Notes under the pieces: generated by a model
Database searches by the model: none
What the model was told of the DNA's origin: nothing
Seen by the model: only the letters and a program-made list of their open reading frames with translations
Position numbers and translations under genes: made by a program
Assembly (NCBI GenBank): GCA_945865645.1
Contig: CAMBEI010000003.1
Coordinates: 8,308 to 72,307 of the forward strand
DNA from: Chitinophaga pinensis
GTDB taxonomy: Bacteria; Bacteroidota; Bacteroidia; Chitinophagales; Chitinophagaceae
DNA: 64,000 nt
Reading direction: 5' to 3'
Part shown: positions 1 to 9,017 of the stretch, in pieces
Position numbering within the stretch: the first letter of the stretch is position 1
Layout of the letters: every line of letters begins with the position of its first letter

Positions 1-977
1 GCCAAAAAATTTTTCAGCGGATCCTTATATTTTTCAGTTACATCTTTCGCAATTTTATATTCAGCATTTATTTTTTCGTCGCTGGTAGCTTTTGCTTCCA
101 ATACCAGAAAGTCGTTTGCGTTACGAACATCATCCTTTAACCTGCTGGCTTCAATTTCCTTCAGCCATCCACTATCATAGGCCTGTTTGGCAATATTTTT
201 TGCACCTAGTTTATCAAAATCATCAACAAATATCGTAATCTTATTATAATTGGGTAATGCCTTGTCCAGTTTTTCCTTTGCTGTATTATAAGCTTTTAGA
301 AGTGTTGTATCGTTGGGATTTTTTTCTTTTTTTGCAAGTGTTTCACTTACCTCTTTTTTATATTTATCAACTTTTAAAAACTTCTCCAGGTTTTCATTCA
401 TTTTACTGTTTTCAAAATTATCGAATAAAAAAACAGTTAAAATGGTACCCAATGCTATAATGCCTAACCTAAGCCATACATTCCGCATGATGGTTATTAC
501 AGTAATAAAAATAGATATTAGCATTCCAATAAGCGGTGCCATAAAAATAAAAATTACAGTTTTTATGATGATGTCTGATTCTACAATCTTTCCCCAGCTT
601 ATTCCAAAACCTTTAATGGAAATGGCGTGTGCTATGGCAGCTCCGGCAAATCCACCAATCAGCGTATGGGATGAGGATGATGGAATACCATACCACCAGG
701 TTAATAAATTCCAGAATATGGCGGCAATAAGGCCCGATAAGATAACAGGTAGTGTTATAAATTCTCTGTTAACCGTTTTACTAATGGTATTGGCAACTGC
801 ATGATCTTTAAAAATAAAATAAGCCACACAATTAAAAAAAGCTGCCCAAACCACCGCCTGAAAAGGCGTAAGCACTTTGGTAGAAACTACCGTGGCTATA
901 GAGTTGGCCGCATCGTGAAATCCGTTGATGTAGTCGAATATTAAAGCCAGTGCTATAATTACTATTACAAGAGTCAT
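1..977 (-). CDS. Inorganic phosphate transporter, PiT family (3' end runs off window; long hydrophilic insertion)
   Basis: Manual translation from ATG at 977: MTLVIVIIALALIFDYINGFHDAANSIATVVSTK (PiT signature GFHDAAN) and later GGIPSSSSHTLIGG. The frame was open in the segments I translated, down to base 1. Missing from the ORF track because there is no stop in the window. Confidence 0.93.
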   Translation of the reverse strand, partial: MTLVIVIIALALIFDYINGFHDAANSIATVVSTKVLTPFQAVVWAAFFNCVAYFIFKDHAVANTISKTVNREFITLPVILSGLIAAIFWNLLTWWYGIPSSSSHTLIGGFAGAAIAHAISIKGFGISWGKIVESDIIIKTVIFIFMAPLIGMLISIFITVITIMRNVWLRLGIIALGTILTVFLFDNFENSKMNENLEKFLKVDKYKKEVSETLAKKEKNPNDTTLLKAYNTAKEKLDKALPNYNKITIFVDDFDKLGAKNIAKQAYDSGWLKEIEASRLKDDVRNANDFLVLEAKATSDEKINAEYKIAKDVTEKYKDPLKNFL

Positions 978-1084
978 ATTTTTTTATAATGTGCTAAAGT
1001 GCTGATGTGTTAATAAACTGATTTTTCAAAATTTTGGATAATCGGCGTTAGTTATTAACTTATCAGCATATTGGCTAATTAGAG

Positions 1085-1735
1085 TTAAGCATATTTTACA
1101 ATTATACTTTCTATCACATTGGCTGCATCCTCACATTTATCCGTTACAATTTCCATTACCTGGTATATTTCTCTTTTTTTAATCACTTCTTTAGCATCTA
1201 GTTCTTCGGCAAAAAGCTTTTCAATACTCATATCAAAAATATCATCCCCCTGATTTTCTATACTATTAATTGCCACCAAAGCATCTGTGATTTTACGCAT
1301 GTCTTTCATATTGCGTAATTCGGTAACTGCATTATGCACGGCAACGCAACCACTAGAAATAATATCGGCCATTTTATGGATGCCGGTATCATTGGGATTA
1401 ACGCGATAAAAATTTATTTTTTTTGCAGAGGCATAAATATAATCAGCAATATCATCTAAGGCAGATGCGAGATAATGTATATCTTCTCTATCGAAGGGGG
1501 TGATAAAATTTTTACCTAATTCGGTAAAAATTTGGTGTGTGTAATCATCATTTTCGTGTTCCATATCTTCAAGCTCCTTGATCAATTTGGCCCGGTCATC
1601 AAAATCGGGTTCATGTACAACTTCTTTAAGTTTTTCTCCCATTTTTACCAACACGCCTACAACACTTTCAAATAGTTGAAAAAATACCCTGTCTTTGGGT
1701 AAGAAAATATTGAGAATTGAATTTAATCCTGACAT
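1085..1735 (-). CDS. DUF47 / PhoU-like phosphate transport regulator
   Basis: FITPFDREDIHYLASALDDIADY and CEDAANVIESIIVKYA motifs; directly upstream of PiT. Start moved to ATG of MSGLNS. Confidence 0.92.
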   Translation of the reverse strand: MSGLNSILNIFLPKDRVFFQLFESVVGVLVKMGEKLKEVVHEPDFDDRAKLIKELEDMEHENDDYTHQIFTELGKNFITPFDREDIHYLASALDDIADYIYASAKKINFYRVNPNDTGIHKMADIISSGCVAVHNAVTELRNMKDMRKITDALVAINSIENQGDDIFDMSIEKLFAEELDAKEVIKKREIYQVMEIVTDKCEDAANVIESIIVKYA

Positions 1736-1793
1736 AATTATAAATTTTGGCAAAGGTTACTTTTTAGTTCAAAAAGTTAAGCCCTTTTAAAAT

Positions 1794-1826
1794 GGTAACG
1801 ATTTATTAACACATAGGTAACATTAA
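1794..1826 (+). promoter_or_regulatory. Pho-box-like 11-bp direct repeat array (3 units)
   Basis: ggtaacgattt / attaacacata / ggtaacattaa; TAAC at 1796, 1807, 1818; upstream of the porin remnant in the same orientation. Confidence 0.65.
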
Positions 1827-1855
1827 ATTGTTATTTCTTTAATCCCAAATGGATT

Positions 1856-2125
1856 ATGCTTAAGAAAAATTACCATTACTGTCTATAATGCTGCTGTTTT
1901 GTCATTTGTTACATGCACAATATTTAAAGGATATGGTTGATACTAGTAAAGTAACAGGTCGTTGTTCACAGTACAATAGGTTTTGGCTATATATATTATT
2001 TAACAGAGAATGTAAAAATTGTTTTCTATTATAACAAAGTAACCAATGAAAAAGCACAACTCCAAGGTTTTACATCTGATGTTAAAGACGATGTACTTAC
2101 ATGCAGGTTGCAATTCAGGTTTTAA
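1856..2125 (+). pseudogene. Internally deleted outer-membrane porin (probably phosphate-selective OprO/OprP-like)
   Basis: ATG at 1856, then a frameshift in an A-run. Signal-peptide-like KLPLLSIMLLFCHLLHA|QYLKDMVDTSK is joined out of frame at about 1960 to STIGFGYIYYLTENVKIVFYYNKVTNEKAQLQGFTSDVKDDVLTCRLQFRF* (beta-barrel C-terminal Phe signal). Family call is from recollection of Chitinophagaceae porin termini. Confidence 0.75.
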
Positions 2126-2130
2126 TACAC

Positions 2131-2191
2131 TTAACAATTAAGTAATATACAGGTAACAATAGCGTAACTTTTAATTCATGTTGGTATAACA
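2131..2191 (+). promoter_or_regulatory. Pho-box-like 11-bp direct repeat array (5-6 units) upstream of TonB receptor
   Basis: TAAC 2132, TAAT 2143, TAAC 2154, TAAC 2165, TCAT 2176, TAAC 2187; TTTG at 2205. Confidence 0.75.
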
Positions 2192-2223
2192 TTCTTCTTG
2201 TTTTTTTGTGGAAATAATTTCTA

Positions 2224-5004
2224 ATGAAAACGCTACTACTAATTGTTACATTCTTGCTCACCATATCTGCATCATTTGCACAAAAAGGAAGAATTGAAGG
2301 AAAGATCACAGATTCAAAAACAGGAACCACAATTGCTGGTGTTACTATTCTAATTAAAGAAACCGCAAAAGGTATTGCCAGCAACTTAGACGGACGCTTT
2401 GTACTGAATGTTGAGCCGGGTAAAAAATATACCCTAATCATCAGCTCTACCAATTATCAAAGCAAAGAAGTAAACGAAATAGAAACCGGTGCCGATGGTA
2501 TTGCTTATGTTGATGTGGCGCTTGATGTAAAAGCAAAAACCGGCGATGAGGTTGTTGTACGCACCACATCTGCCAAAAATGAAAGTGTAAATGCGTTGAT
2601 CACTTTTCAAAGAACTACCAATACGGTAGCATCAGTTATATCTGCCGAAGCTATCAGAAGAAGCCCGGATAAAAATACAGGTGAAGTACTGAAACGTACG
2701 CCCGGAGCAAGTATACAGGAAGGTAAATTTATTGTGATAAGAGGATTAGCCGACCGTTACAACCAAGCAATGCTGAATGGTGTTTTGCTAACCAGCACCG
2801 AGCCCGACCGCAAAACATTTTCATTCGATCTGATTCCTGCATCAATGATTGATAATATTATCATCAATAAAGCATTTGTTCCGGAATTTCCAGGCGAGTG
2901 GGCAGGCGGACTTATTCAGGTTAACACAAAAGATATTCCTTCAAAAAACTTTTTCTCCATTCAGCTTGGTACCGGATTTAATGCGCAAACTATTGGCAAA
3001 CCTTTTTATAAAGACCCCTCCGCTGGAAAAACAGATTGGCTGGGTATTGATGATGGCACCAAGAACTTACCTGCCGGTTATACTAGGAAAGCCGAATTTG
3101 ATTCCACATCATCCGCAACTAAAACAGCCATTGGCAAACAAATGCGTAATGCATGGAGCCCAAAAGAAAGTTCGGCACCATTGAATATTTCCTTTCAGGC
3201 AAATGGAGGCTTTGCCGGTAAAATATTCGGCAAAAATATCGGCGGCATTTTTGCAATCAACTATAACAAAAGCAACAAGTACCTTAAACTTTTAAATAGG
3301 GCAAATGCGATCGATAACATCACCAATGTAGTAAGTGTTATTTCTGATTATAATGATGATAAGTATCAGCAAGATGTTTCTGTGGGCGCATTGGGCAGCC
3401 TAAGTATGCAGTTAAATGCACGCAACAGGGTTTCAGTAAAAGCAATCTTAAATGTAAACTCGCCTAATTCGGTTACACAACGCAACGGCGAAGATTTTTC
3501 AAGAGCAGAGCAGCTAAAAGGCAGTCAGTTTACCTTTAAAGAAAATACTTTTTTTACTGCTCAGCTTGCAGGTGATCACAGCGTCAGCAAGCCGCTAAAA
3601 TTTAAATGGTATGGTGCTTTTAATGTGCTGGATGGTTATACTCCTGATCAACGCCGTATTTTATATTCAAAAACAAGTAATACACAAAACCCTTATACAC
3701 TGCTTCTTTCCAACTCACTTTCGCAACAAAGTGGCAGCCGCATTTACCAAACTTTAAGCGATTATATTTATACAGCAGGCGGCGATCTTAATTATAATTT
3801 TAAATGGCTAAATAAAACGCAAGCTGTAAAAGGTGGTTACATGTTACAGATAAAAGACCGCCTGTATGATGCACAGCTTTTTGCCAATTACCTGCCGCTT
3901 GATAATCCTGCGTTAAGATTATTACCTGCCGGTAAAGTTTTTGCAGCAGAAAATTTTGGAACTGGTACTGATAATAAAATTGCCTTTGATGCCATTAAAG
4001 GAAATACATTTCGTTACATGGCCAATACAATTCTCAATGCCGGCTTCTTGCAACTTGATAACCAGTTTACCGATAAATTAAGAGTGGTGTGGGGCTTACG
4101 CGTTGAAAACTACGACCAGTTAATTGGCAGTGTAAAAAAATGGGACCCACGCCACACTTATTCTAAAGTAACAGATTTTTTACCAGGTGTAAATGCAACT
4201 TATAAATTAAATGATAAAACCAATATCAGGTTATCAGGTTCTCAAACGGTTATCCGTCCTGAGCTTCGTGAACTCTCATCTTTAAACCTGTATGATTTTG
4301 AATTGAATGCTTCTGTTCAGGGCAATCCACTTTTGAAGAGAACCAAGATCGCCAATTTTGATGCCCGTTATGAAATATATCCTAGAGCGGGTGAAGTTAT
4401 CAATGCCGGCATCTTTTACAAACATTTTATCAATCCGATAGAGCAGATATTTAATGGCCTGGGTGGTGGAGCCAGTACATTAAACTATGCCAATGCAAAA
4501 AAAGCATACTCATACGGAGTAGAAGTTGAGATGCGTAAAAAACTTGACTTCGTTAAACCGTTAAAGAATTTCACTTTCCAGGCAAATGCTGCCTACATAT
4601 ACAGTCGTGTAAAAGATCAGGCATTGCAGGTAGACAGGTCTTTACAGGGACAGTCGCCCTACATACTGAATTTAGGAATACTCTATGATCTCGAAAAGTA
4701 TGGCATCAATGCAACGCTTTTGTATAACCAGATTGGAGAAAGAATTTACCTGGTTGGCGATATTGTTGGTGGCGCACCGGACATTTATGAAGCACCCCGT
4801 CCTTTATTCGATCTGCAATTAGCAAAAAAATTACTGAATAGAAAAGCAGAACTGAGGTTGAATATTTCTGACCTGCTTAATCAAACCCAATATTTTTATC
4901 AGAACAGAAGAGGTAAAACAAGTTTTCAAAAAAGCGAAGATGCATATCGCTTTACCAGGAAATACGGAACCAATTTCAGCATAACATTTAATTACTCATT
5001 ATAA
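2224..5004 (+). CDS. TonB-dependent receptor with N-terminal carboxypeptidase-regulatory-like domain
   Basis: Signal peptide, GKITDSKTG..IAGVTI domain, plug motif (IRGLADRYNQAMLNG..FDLIP..MIDNIIINK), aromatic C-terminal beta strand (FSITFNYSL). Confidence 0.95.
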   Translation: MKTLLLIVTFLLTISASFAQKGRIEGKITDSKTGTTIAGVTILIKETAKGIASNLDGRFVLNVEPGKKYTLIISSTNYQSKEVNEIETGADGIAYVDVALDVKAKTGDEVVVRTTSAKNESVNALITFQRTTNTVASVISAEAIRRSPDKNTGEVLKRTPGASIQEGKFIVIRGLADRYNQAMLNGVLLTSTEPDRKTFSFDLIPASMIDNIIINKAFVPEFPGEWAGGLIQVNTKDIPSKNFFSIQLGTGFNAQTIGKPFYKDPSAGKTDWLGIDDGTKNLPAGYTRKAEFDSTSSATKTAIGKQMRNAWSPKESSAPLNISFQANGGFAGKIFGKNIGGIFAINYNKSNKYLKLLNRANAIDNITNVVSVISDYNDDKYQQDVSVGALGSLSMQLNARNRVSVKAILNVNSPNSVTQRNGEDFSRAEQLKGSQFTFKENTFFTAQLAGDHSVSKPLKFKWYGAFNVLDGYTPDQRRILYSKTSNTQNPYTLLLSNSLSQQSGSRIYQTLSDYIYTAGGDLNYNFKWLNKTQAVKGGYMLQIKDRLYDAQLFANYLPLDNPALRLLPAGKVFAAENFGTGTDNKIAFDAIKGNTFRYMANTILNAGFLQLDNQFTDKLRVVWGLRVENYDQLIGSVKKWDPRHTYSKVTDFLPGVNATYKLNDKTNIRLSGSQTVIRPELRELSSLNLYDFELNASVQGNPLLKRTKIANFDARYEIYPRAGEVINAGIFYKHFINPIEQIFNGLGGGASTLNYANAKKAYSYGVEVEMRKKLDFVKPLKNFTFQANAAYIYSRVKDQALQVDRSLQGQSPYILNLGILYDLEKYGINATLLYNQIGERIYLVGDIVGGAPDIYEAPRPLFDLQLAKKLLNRKAELRLNISDLLNQTQYFYQNRRGKTSFQKSEDAYRFTRKYGTNFSITFNYSL

Positions 5005-5028
5005 ACTTTTAAAAATAAAAAAACAGAA

Positions 5029-6483
5029 ATGAAAAAGTACATCTTATTCACAGCAGCTTTAATAACAATAACAGTTACCGGCTGCAGAAAAATTGAAACA
5101 GACGGAGAAATACAGGTTGTTGTTGTTAATGGTGGCGGTACCACAACCACCGGCCAAACCATTACCCTGCAGGGACGTATTAATGCGGATACGATTTTAC
5201 GTAAAGCAAACGCTTACATTTTAAAAGGATTGGTTTACATGGTTGGTAACCACACCATGACCATTGAAGCCGGAACTGTTATCAAAGGATCTTTCAGCGG
5301 CTCTGATGTAGCAGCGTTGGTAATAACCCGTGGTTCAAAAATTATTGCGCCAGGTACAGCTACCGATCCAATTATTTTCACATCACTTTCTCCTAATCCA
5401 CAATCAGGCGATTGGGGAGGAATTGTACTTTGCGGTAAAGCAGGTTACAATTTAAGTTATAATGGTACTGCCGGCCTTTACCAGGTAGAAGGTGGTATTG
5501 ATAATGCCAATGGCGACGGCCTTGCAGGCTCTGGCGATGCAGTAGCACCAACACCGGTACCCGACGATAACTCAGGCGTATTACAATATGTACGTATCGA
5601 ATATGCAGGCTATGCATATCAACCCGATAAAGAGATCAACAGCCTTACCATGGCTGCTGTTGGTCGTGGAACAACTATTGACCATATACAGGTTACTTAC
5701 GCAAAAGATGATGCTTATGAGTGGTTTGGCGGGAGTGTGAACTGCAAATTTTTGATAGCATACAAAACACAGGATGATGATTTTGATACCGATAATGGTT
5801 ACAACGGAAAAGTACAATTTGGTTTGGTAATACGTGATTCATTGATTGCTGATATTTCAACATCAGAAGCTTTTGAAAGCGATAACAATGCAACCGGCAC
5901 TACATCAACACCAAAAACAAATGCCATCTTCAGTAATATCACTGCAATAGGGCCAAGGGCTACTTTAAATAATTATGGTAACACCTTGTTTCGTGCCGGT
6001 GCACAAATCAGAAGAAATTCATCTATATCAATTTTCAATTCAATTATTATGGGATGGCCACAAGGCATTTTAATTGATGCTGCTACCGGAACATCTACTG
6101 CATTAAATATTGAGGACAGTAGTTTACGTTTACGTAATGTTACACTTGCAGGAAATACAGTTAATTTAAAATTTACAGGTACAGCAGGTATTACCATTAA
6201 ATCTGATTCTACATTAACATCGTGGTTTACAGGTGCATTTTATAATAATGATATTCTTGCAAATGCTTCTGATGCTAAGTTAATTCAACCGAATAATTAT
6301 TCAGCTCCCGATCCTACTCCATTTGCAGGTTCAAATGGTAACCAGAAAATTTTAACTGGTGGTGGATTTACCGATGCTAAATTTACCGGCGATACTTTCT
6401 TTGATAAAACAGTTACTTTCCGTGGTGCCATTGCACCTGCCGGACTGCTTACAAGCTGGTGGAAAGGCTGGACAAAGTTCTAA
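5029..6483 (+). CDS. Lipoprotein with right-handed beta-helix (non-SusD TBDR partner)
   Basis: Lipobox ITVTGC; repeats such as YVRIEYAG, EINSLTMAAVGRGTTIDHIQV, DDAYEWFGG, DDDFDTDNG. Confidence 0.8.
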   Translation: MKKYILFTAALITITVTGCRKIETDGEIQVVVVNGGGTTTTGQTITLQGRINADTILRKANAYILKGLVYMVGNHTMTIEAGTVIKGSFSGSDVAALVITRGSKIIAPGTATDPIIFTSLSPNPQSGDWGGIVLCGKAGYNLSYNGTAGLYQVEGGIDNANGDGLAGSGDAVAPTPVPDDNSGVLQYVRIEYAGYAYQPDKEINSLTMAAVGRGTTIDHIQVTYAKDDAYEWFGGSVNCKFLIAYKTQDDDFDTDNGYNGKVQFGLVIRDSLIADISTSEAFESDNNATGTTSTPKTNAIFSNITAIGPRATLNNYGNTLFRAGAQIRRNSSISIFNSIIMGWPQGILIDAATGTSTALNIEDSSLRLRNVTLAGNTVNLKFTGTAGITIKSDSTLTSWFTGAFYNNDILANASDAKLIQPNNYSAPDPTPFAGSNGNQKILTGGGFTDAKFTGDTFFDKTVTFRGAIAPAGLLTSWWKGWTKF

Positions 6484-6499
6484 TTAAAAAGTTCTTATT

Positions 6500-6535
6500 A
6501 AAAAAGCATCTGCCGGTTGGTGGATGCTTTTTTTT
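6500..6535 (+). terminator. Rho-independent terminator
   Basis: aaaaagcatc..gatgcttttt stem followed by a T-run. Confidence 0.85.
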
Positions 6536-6558
6536 AAATTTACATTTCAACCACCAAT

Positions 6559-7065
6559 ATGAAAATATTTTCCTTACTCACTATCATCTCTGTTTTATTC
6601 ATTACCGGCTGTAAACAACAAAACGTAAATAATAAAATATTAGCAACCCCCTTTATCGACTCTGTTATTAAAAAAAGCGACAGCAGTTATCAAAAAGCAT
6701 ATTACAGAAGTGATTTTGTAACCGCTCAATACTATGTAAATAAAAAAAATTCAACCGTATGCCAACTCATGAAAGATTCTGCAAGTAAGATCAGGCAGGT
6801 GGTTATCGTTAAAAATGATACTCGCATTTTTTTCGGCACGTATTATAAGAACGGCCAGCTGCAGGCCGATTTACCTCTAGATGAATTTGGACAATACCAT
6901 GGCACAGGTAATTTTTATTATGAGAACGGAAGCCTGCAAAGCAGCGGCAACTATACGCATGGTTTTAAAACAGGCTCCTGGACAGTCTATGATGTAACCG
7001 GTAAGCTAACCGCCACTGATAACTTCGACAATCATGGTAACCTGGTATCCCATACCCAATTCTAA
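6559..7065 (+). CDS. Lipoprotein with MORN-like (YwqK-type) repeats
   Basis: Lipobox FITGC; YYKNGQL / YYENGSL..G.Y..G.KTGSW..YD..GKL repeats. Confidence 0.75.
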   Translation: MKIFSLLTIISVLFITGCKQQNVNNKILATPFIDSVIKKSDSSYQKAYYRSDFVTAQYYVNKKNSTVCQLMKDSASKIRQVVIVKNDTRIFFGTYYKNGQLQADLPLDEFGQYHGTGNFYYENGSLQSSGNYTHGFKTGSWTVYDVTGKLTATDNFDNHGNLVSHTQF

Positions 7066-7068
7066 TGT

Positions 7069-7124
7069 ATAACATTTACATAATCATTCATTTAACTTAT
7101 GATAACACCGGCTGTGTACTTTAC
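7069..7124 (+). promoter_or_regulatory. Pho-box-like array plus -7-like element
   Basis: TAAC 7070, TAAT 7081, TAAC 7093 (1 nt off phase), TAAC 7103; TTTAC at 7120 (17 nt after the last unit, as at 7900). Confidence 0.5.
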
Positions 7125-7130
7125 AATCGA

Positions 7131-7225
7131 ATAGTTAGTTGCACATATTCAAAAAAATTCTTAGCAATTAGAGCAGGTTTATCATGCTTATCCCACCCGG
7201 TATTCTTATCAGGGTGGCTTTTTTT
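7131..7225 (+). ncRNA. Candidate ~95-nt small RNA
   Basis: Lies between the array/-7-like element and a clear terminator; no convincing ORF. Could instead be the 3' UTR of the upstream gene. Confidence 0.25.
7192..7225 (+). terminator. Rho-independent terminator
   Basis: ccaccc (7193-98) / gggtgg (7212-17) stem followed by T7. Confidence 0.75.
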
Positions 7226-7346
7226 AATATGAAATTAACGTTACGAAATTGTTACTACGCACATTTAAGTCACATTTTTTTTCACATGCCCGAAATAAGG
7301 AATTTTGAAATTATATTCACATTCACTTCACATAAAAACATAACAA

Positions 7347-7838
7347 ATGAAATGGGTTAGAGTACATAATAACGCTGCTTTGGAAAACTTTGAATTGTGG
7401 GATGATCAAATCAAATTAGCCGGGATAGCTTTTAGTAATCATACCAGATTCGCCAGGTTTGTATGTAAGATGAGTAAAAGAATTTTTTCTTTTGAAAAAA
7501 GAGGTTTCCTTTCTGTCAAGGAAATTATCCGAAACGAATATGGTATAAAGATGGGAGAAATGGAAGAAAAAATACCAGGAGGAAAAAGAGGATATATTGT
7601 TTTAGATGGAAAAAAATACAATTATGTGTTTACTAAAAATACATCAGGCGAGTTATTACTCTATGATGAACTAATGCAAAACTGCCTACTGAAATGCAGT
7701 TTCAAGGGTATTTGTAATGGGTTAACAAAAACAAATTCTTTATTAGAAACCAGATTTGCCAGTTTGCTACTGGTCCTTTGCTGGTATACCTTTCAAACAC
7801 ATAGTAATGCCATTACAAAAATGGTTAGCTCACACTGA
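7347..7838 (+). CDS. Hypothetical protein (163 aa)
   Basis: Long ORF with protein-like composition; no family recognised. Confidence 0.7.
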   Translation: MKWVRVHNNAALENFELWDDQIKLAGIAFSNHTRFARFVCKMSKRIFSFEKRGFLSVKEIIRNEYGIKMGEMEEKIPGGKRGYIVLDGKKYNYVFTKNTSGELLLYDELMQNCLLKCSFKGICNGLTKTNSLLETRFASLLLVLCWYTFQTHSNAITKMVSSH

Positions 7839-7865
7839 TTTTATATTTGTATTTACGTTAATTCA

Positions 7866-7921
7866 ATAATATTGACTTAATGCTAAGTTAATAATTTAGT
7901 AACTCCCAATTTTTAATTTGC
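7866..7921 (+). promoter_or_regulatory. Pho-box-like array (4 units) plus -7-like element for the PAP2 operon
   Basis: TAAT 7867, TAAT 7878, TAAT 7889, TAAC 7900; TTTGC at 7917. Confidence 0.7.
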
Positions 7922-7933
7922 ATAGCAAATAAT

Positions 7934-8632
7934 ATGCTGATGCAAAATAAAATTTCCCTCTTTACCCAAAACAAGGTCTACTTTGGCGGTCTTTTACTGA
8001 CCATATTATTTGGAATACTACTTTTACTTTTAAATGGCAAAGCTGCTGCTTTTATTGCACTTAACAGCTACCACCCCTTTTACCTAAATGTTTTTTTTAT
8101 CAACTACACATTTATAGGTGATGGCCTATTTGCATTATGCCTGATAGCCATTTATTTTTTTTACCTTAAAAAAAAACAACAGGGATTTGCTTTACTCTAC
8201 TCTTTTCTAATATCTGGTCTGGCAGCACAAATATTAAAAAACCTGGTTAATTCACCCCGGCCAAAACTTTATTTTGAGGCAGGAACGTATTTAAATTTTA
8301 TAGAAGGGGTGACATTGAGTGGCCGTTCTGGCTTTCCTTCCGGTCACACGGCTACTGCTTTTGCCATTGCTACAGTATTGGTATTAATGATGAAAAATAA
8401 AAATTGGCAGTTTCTTATTTTAAGTGCTGCGCTTTTAGTAGGTTATTCACGTATTTACTTAGCGCAGCACTTTTTGTTAGATGTAATAGTTGGTGCATTA
8501 CTTGGGTGTTTGTCTGGAATTTTAGCTTTTTATATTGCTCAGAATAGAATAAGTATTAAAAAAATACTTAGGAAATTACACCGAGTTCCAAATAAATCGG
8601 CTTCTTCAGCTTCTACTATACAAACGGCATGA
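7934..8632 (+). CDS. PAP2-family membrane phosphatase
   Basis: K..VNSPRP (C1), FPSGH (C2), SRIYLAQHFLLD (C3) motifs; hydrophobic. Confidence 0.93.
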   Translation: MLMQNKISLFTQNKVYFGGLLLTILFGILLLLLNGKAAAFIALNSYHPFYLNVFFINYTFIGDGLFALCLIAIYFFYLKKKQQGFALLYSFLISGLAAQILKNLVNSPRPKLYFEAGTYLNFIEGVTLSGRSGFPSGHTATAFAIATVLVLMMKNKNWQFLILSAALLVGYSRIYLAQHFLLDVIVGALLGCLSGILAFYIAQNRISIKKILRKLHRVPNKSASSASTIQTA

Positions 8633-9012
8633 ATAATGCCATAAATACACACATCGTAAAATACGGTCTTGTTGGTTTAAGTGGTATGGCCATAGATTTT
8701 ACCATAACCTGGCTTTGCAAAGAAAAACTTGGGATAAACAAATATTTGTCAAATGCTGTAGGCTTTTGCTTTGCAGTTACCAGCAACTTTATATTTAACA
8801 GGCATTGGACATTTGAAAGCCATATCCAAGAGTTTACAGGCCAGTTTGCCAGATTTATACTGGTTGCACTAACCGGCTTGTTGATTAATAATCTTTTGTT
8901 ATATCTGTTTGTAAAGAAATTTAAACTAAATTTTTATGTCTTAAAGCTAACCGTTATTGGCTTTGTGTTTTTATGGAACTATCTTTTGAATTTGCTTTTT
9001 ACTTTTAATTAA
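8629..9012 (+). CDS. GtrA family protein (polyprenyl-phosphate-sugar translocase)
   Basis: 127 aa, four TM segments, KYGLVG..G..ID, NFIFNRHWTF, WNYLLN; overlaps PAP2 stop (ATGA). Confidence 0.92.
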   Translation: MNNAINTHIVKYGLVGLSGMAIDFTITWLCKEKLGINKYLSNAVGFCFAVTSNFIFNRHWTFESHIQEFTGQFARFILVALTGLLINNLLLYLFVKKFKLNFYVLKLTVIGFVFLWNYLLNLLFTFN

Positions 9013-9017
9013 AAGTA

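Noticed and set aside
313-804. 163-aa + strand ORF (and 257..460)
   Set aside because: Antisense shadow of the PiT gene, which has clear family motifs on the - strand.
6559-7065. YwqK-type antitoxin / toxin-antitoxin module
   Set aside because: The protein has a lipobox and no toxin gene is adjacent; MORN-like repeats alone do not imply a TA system.
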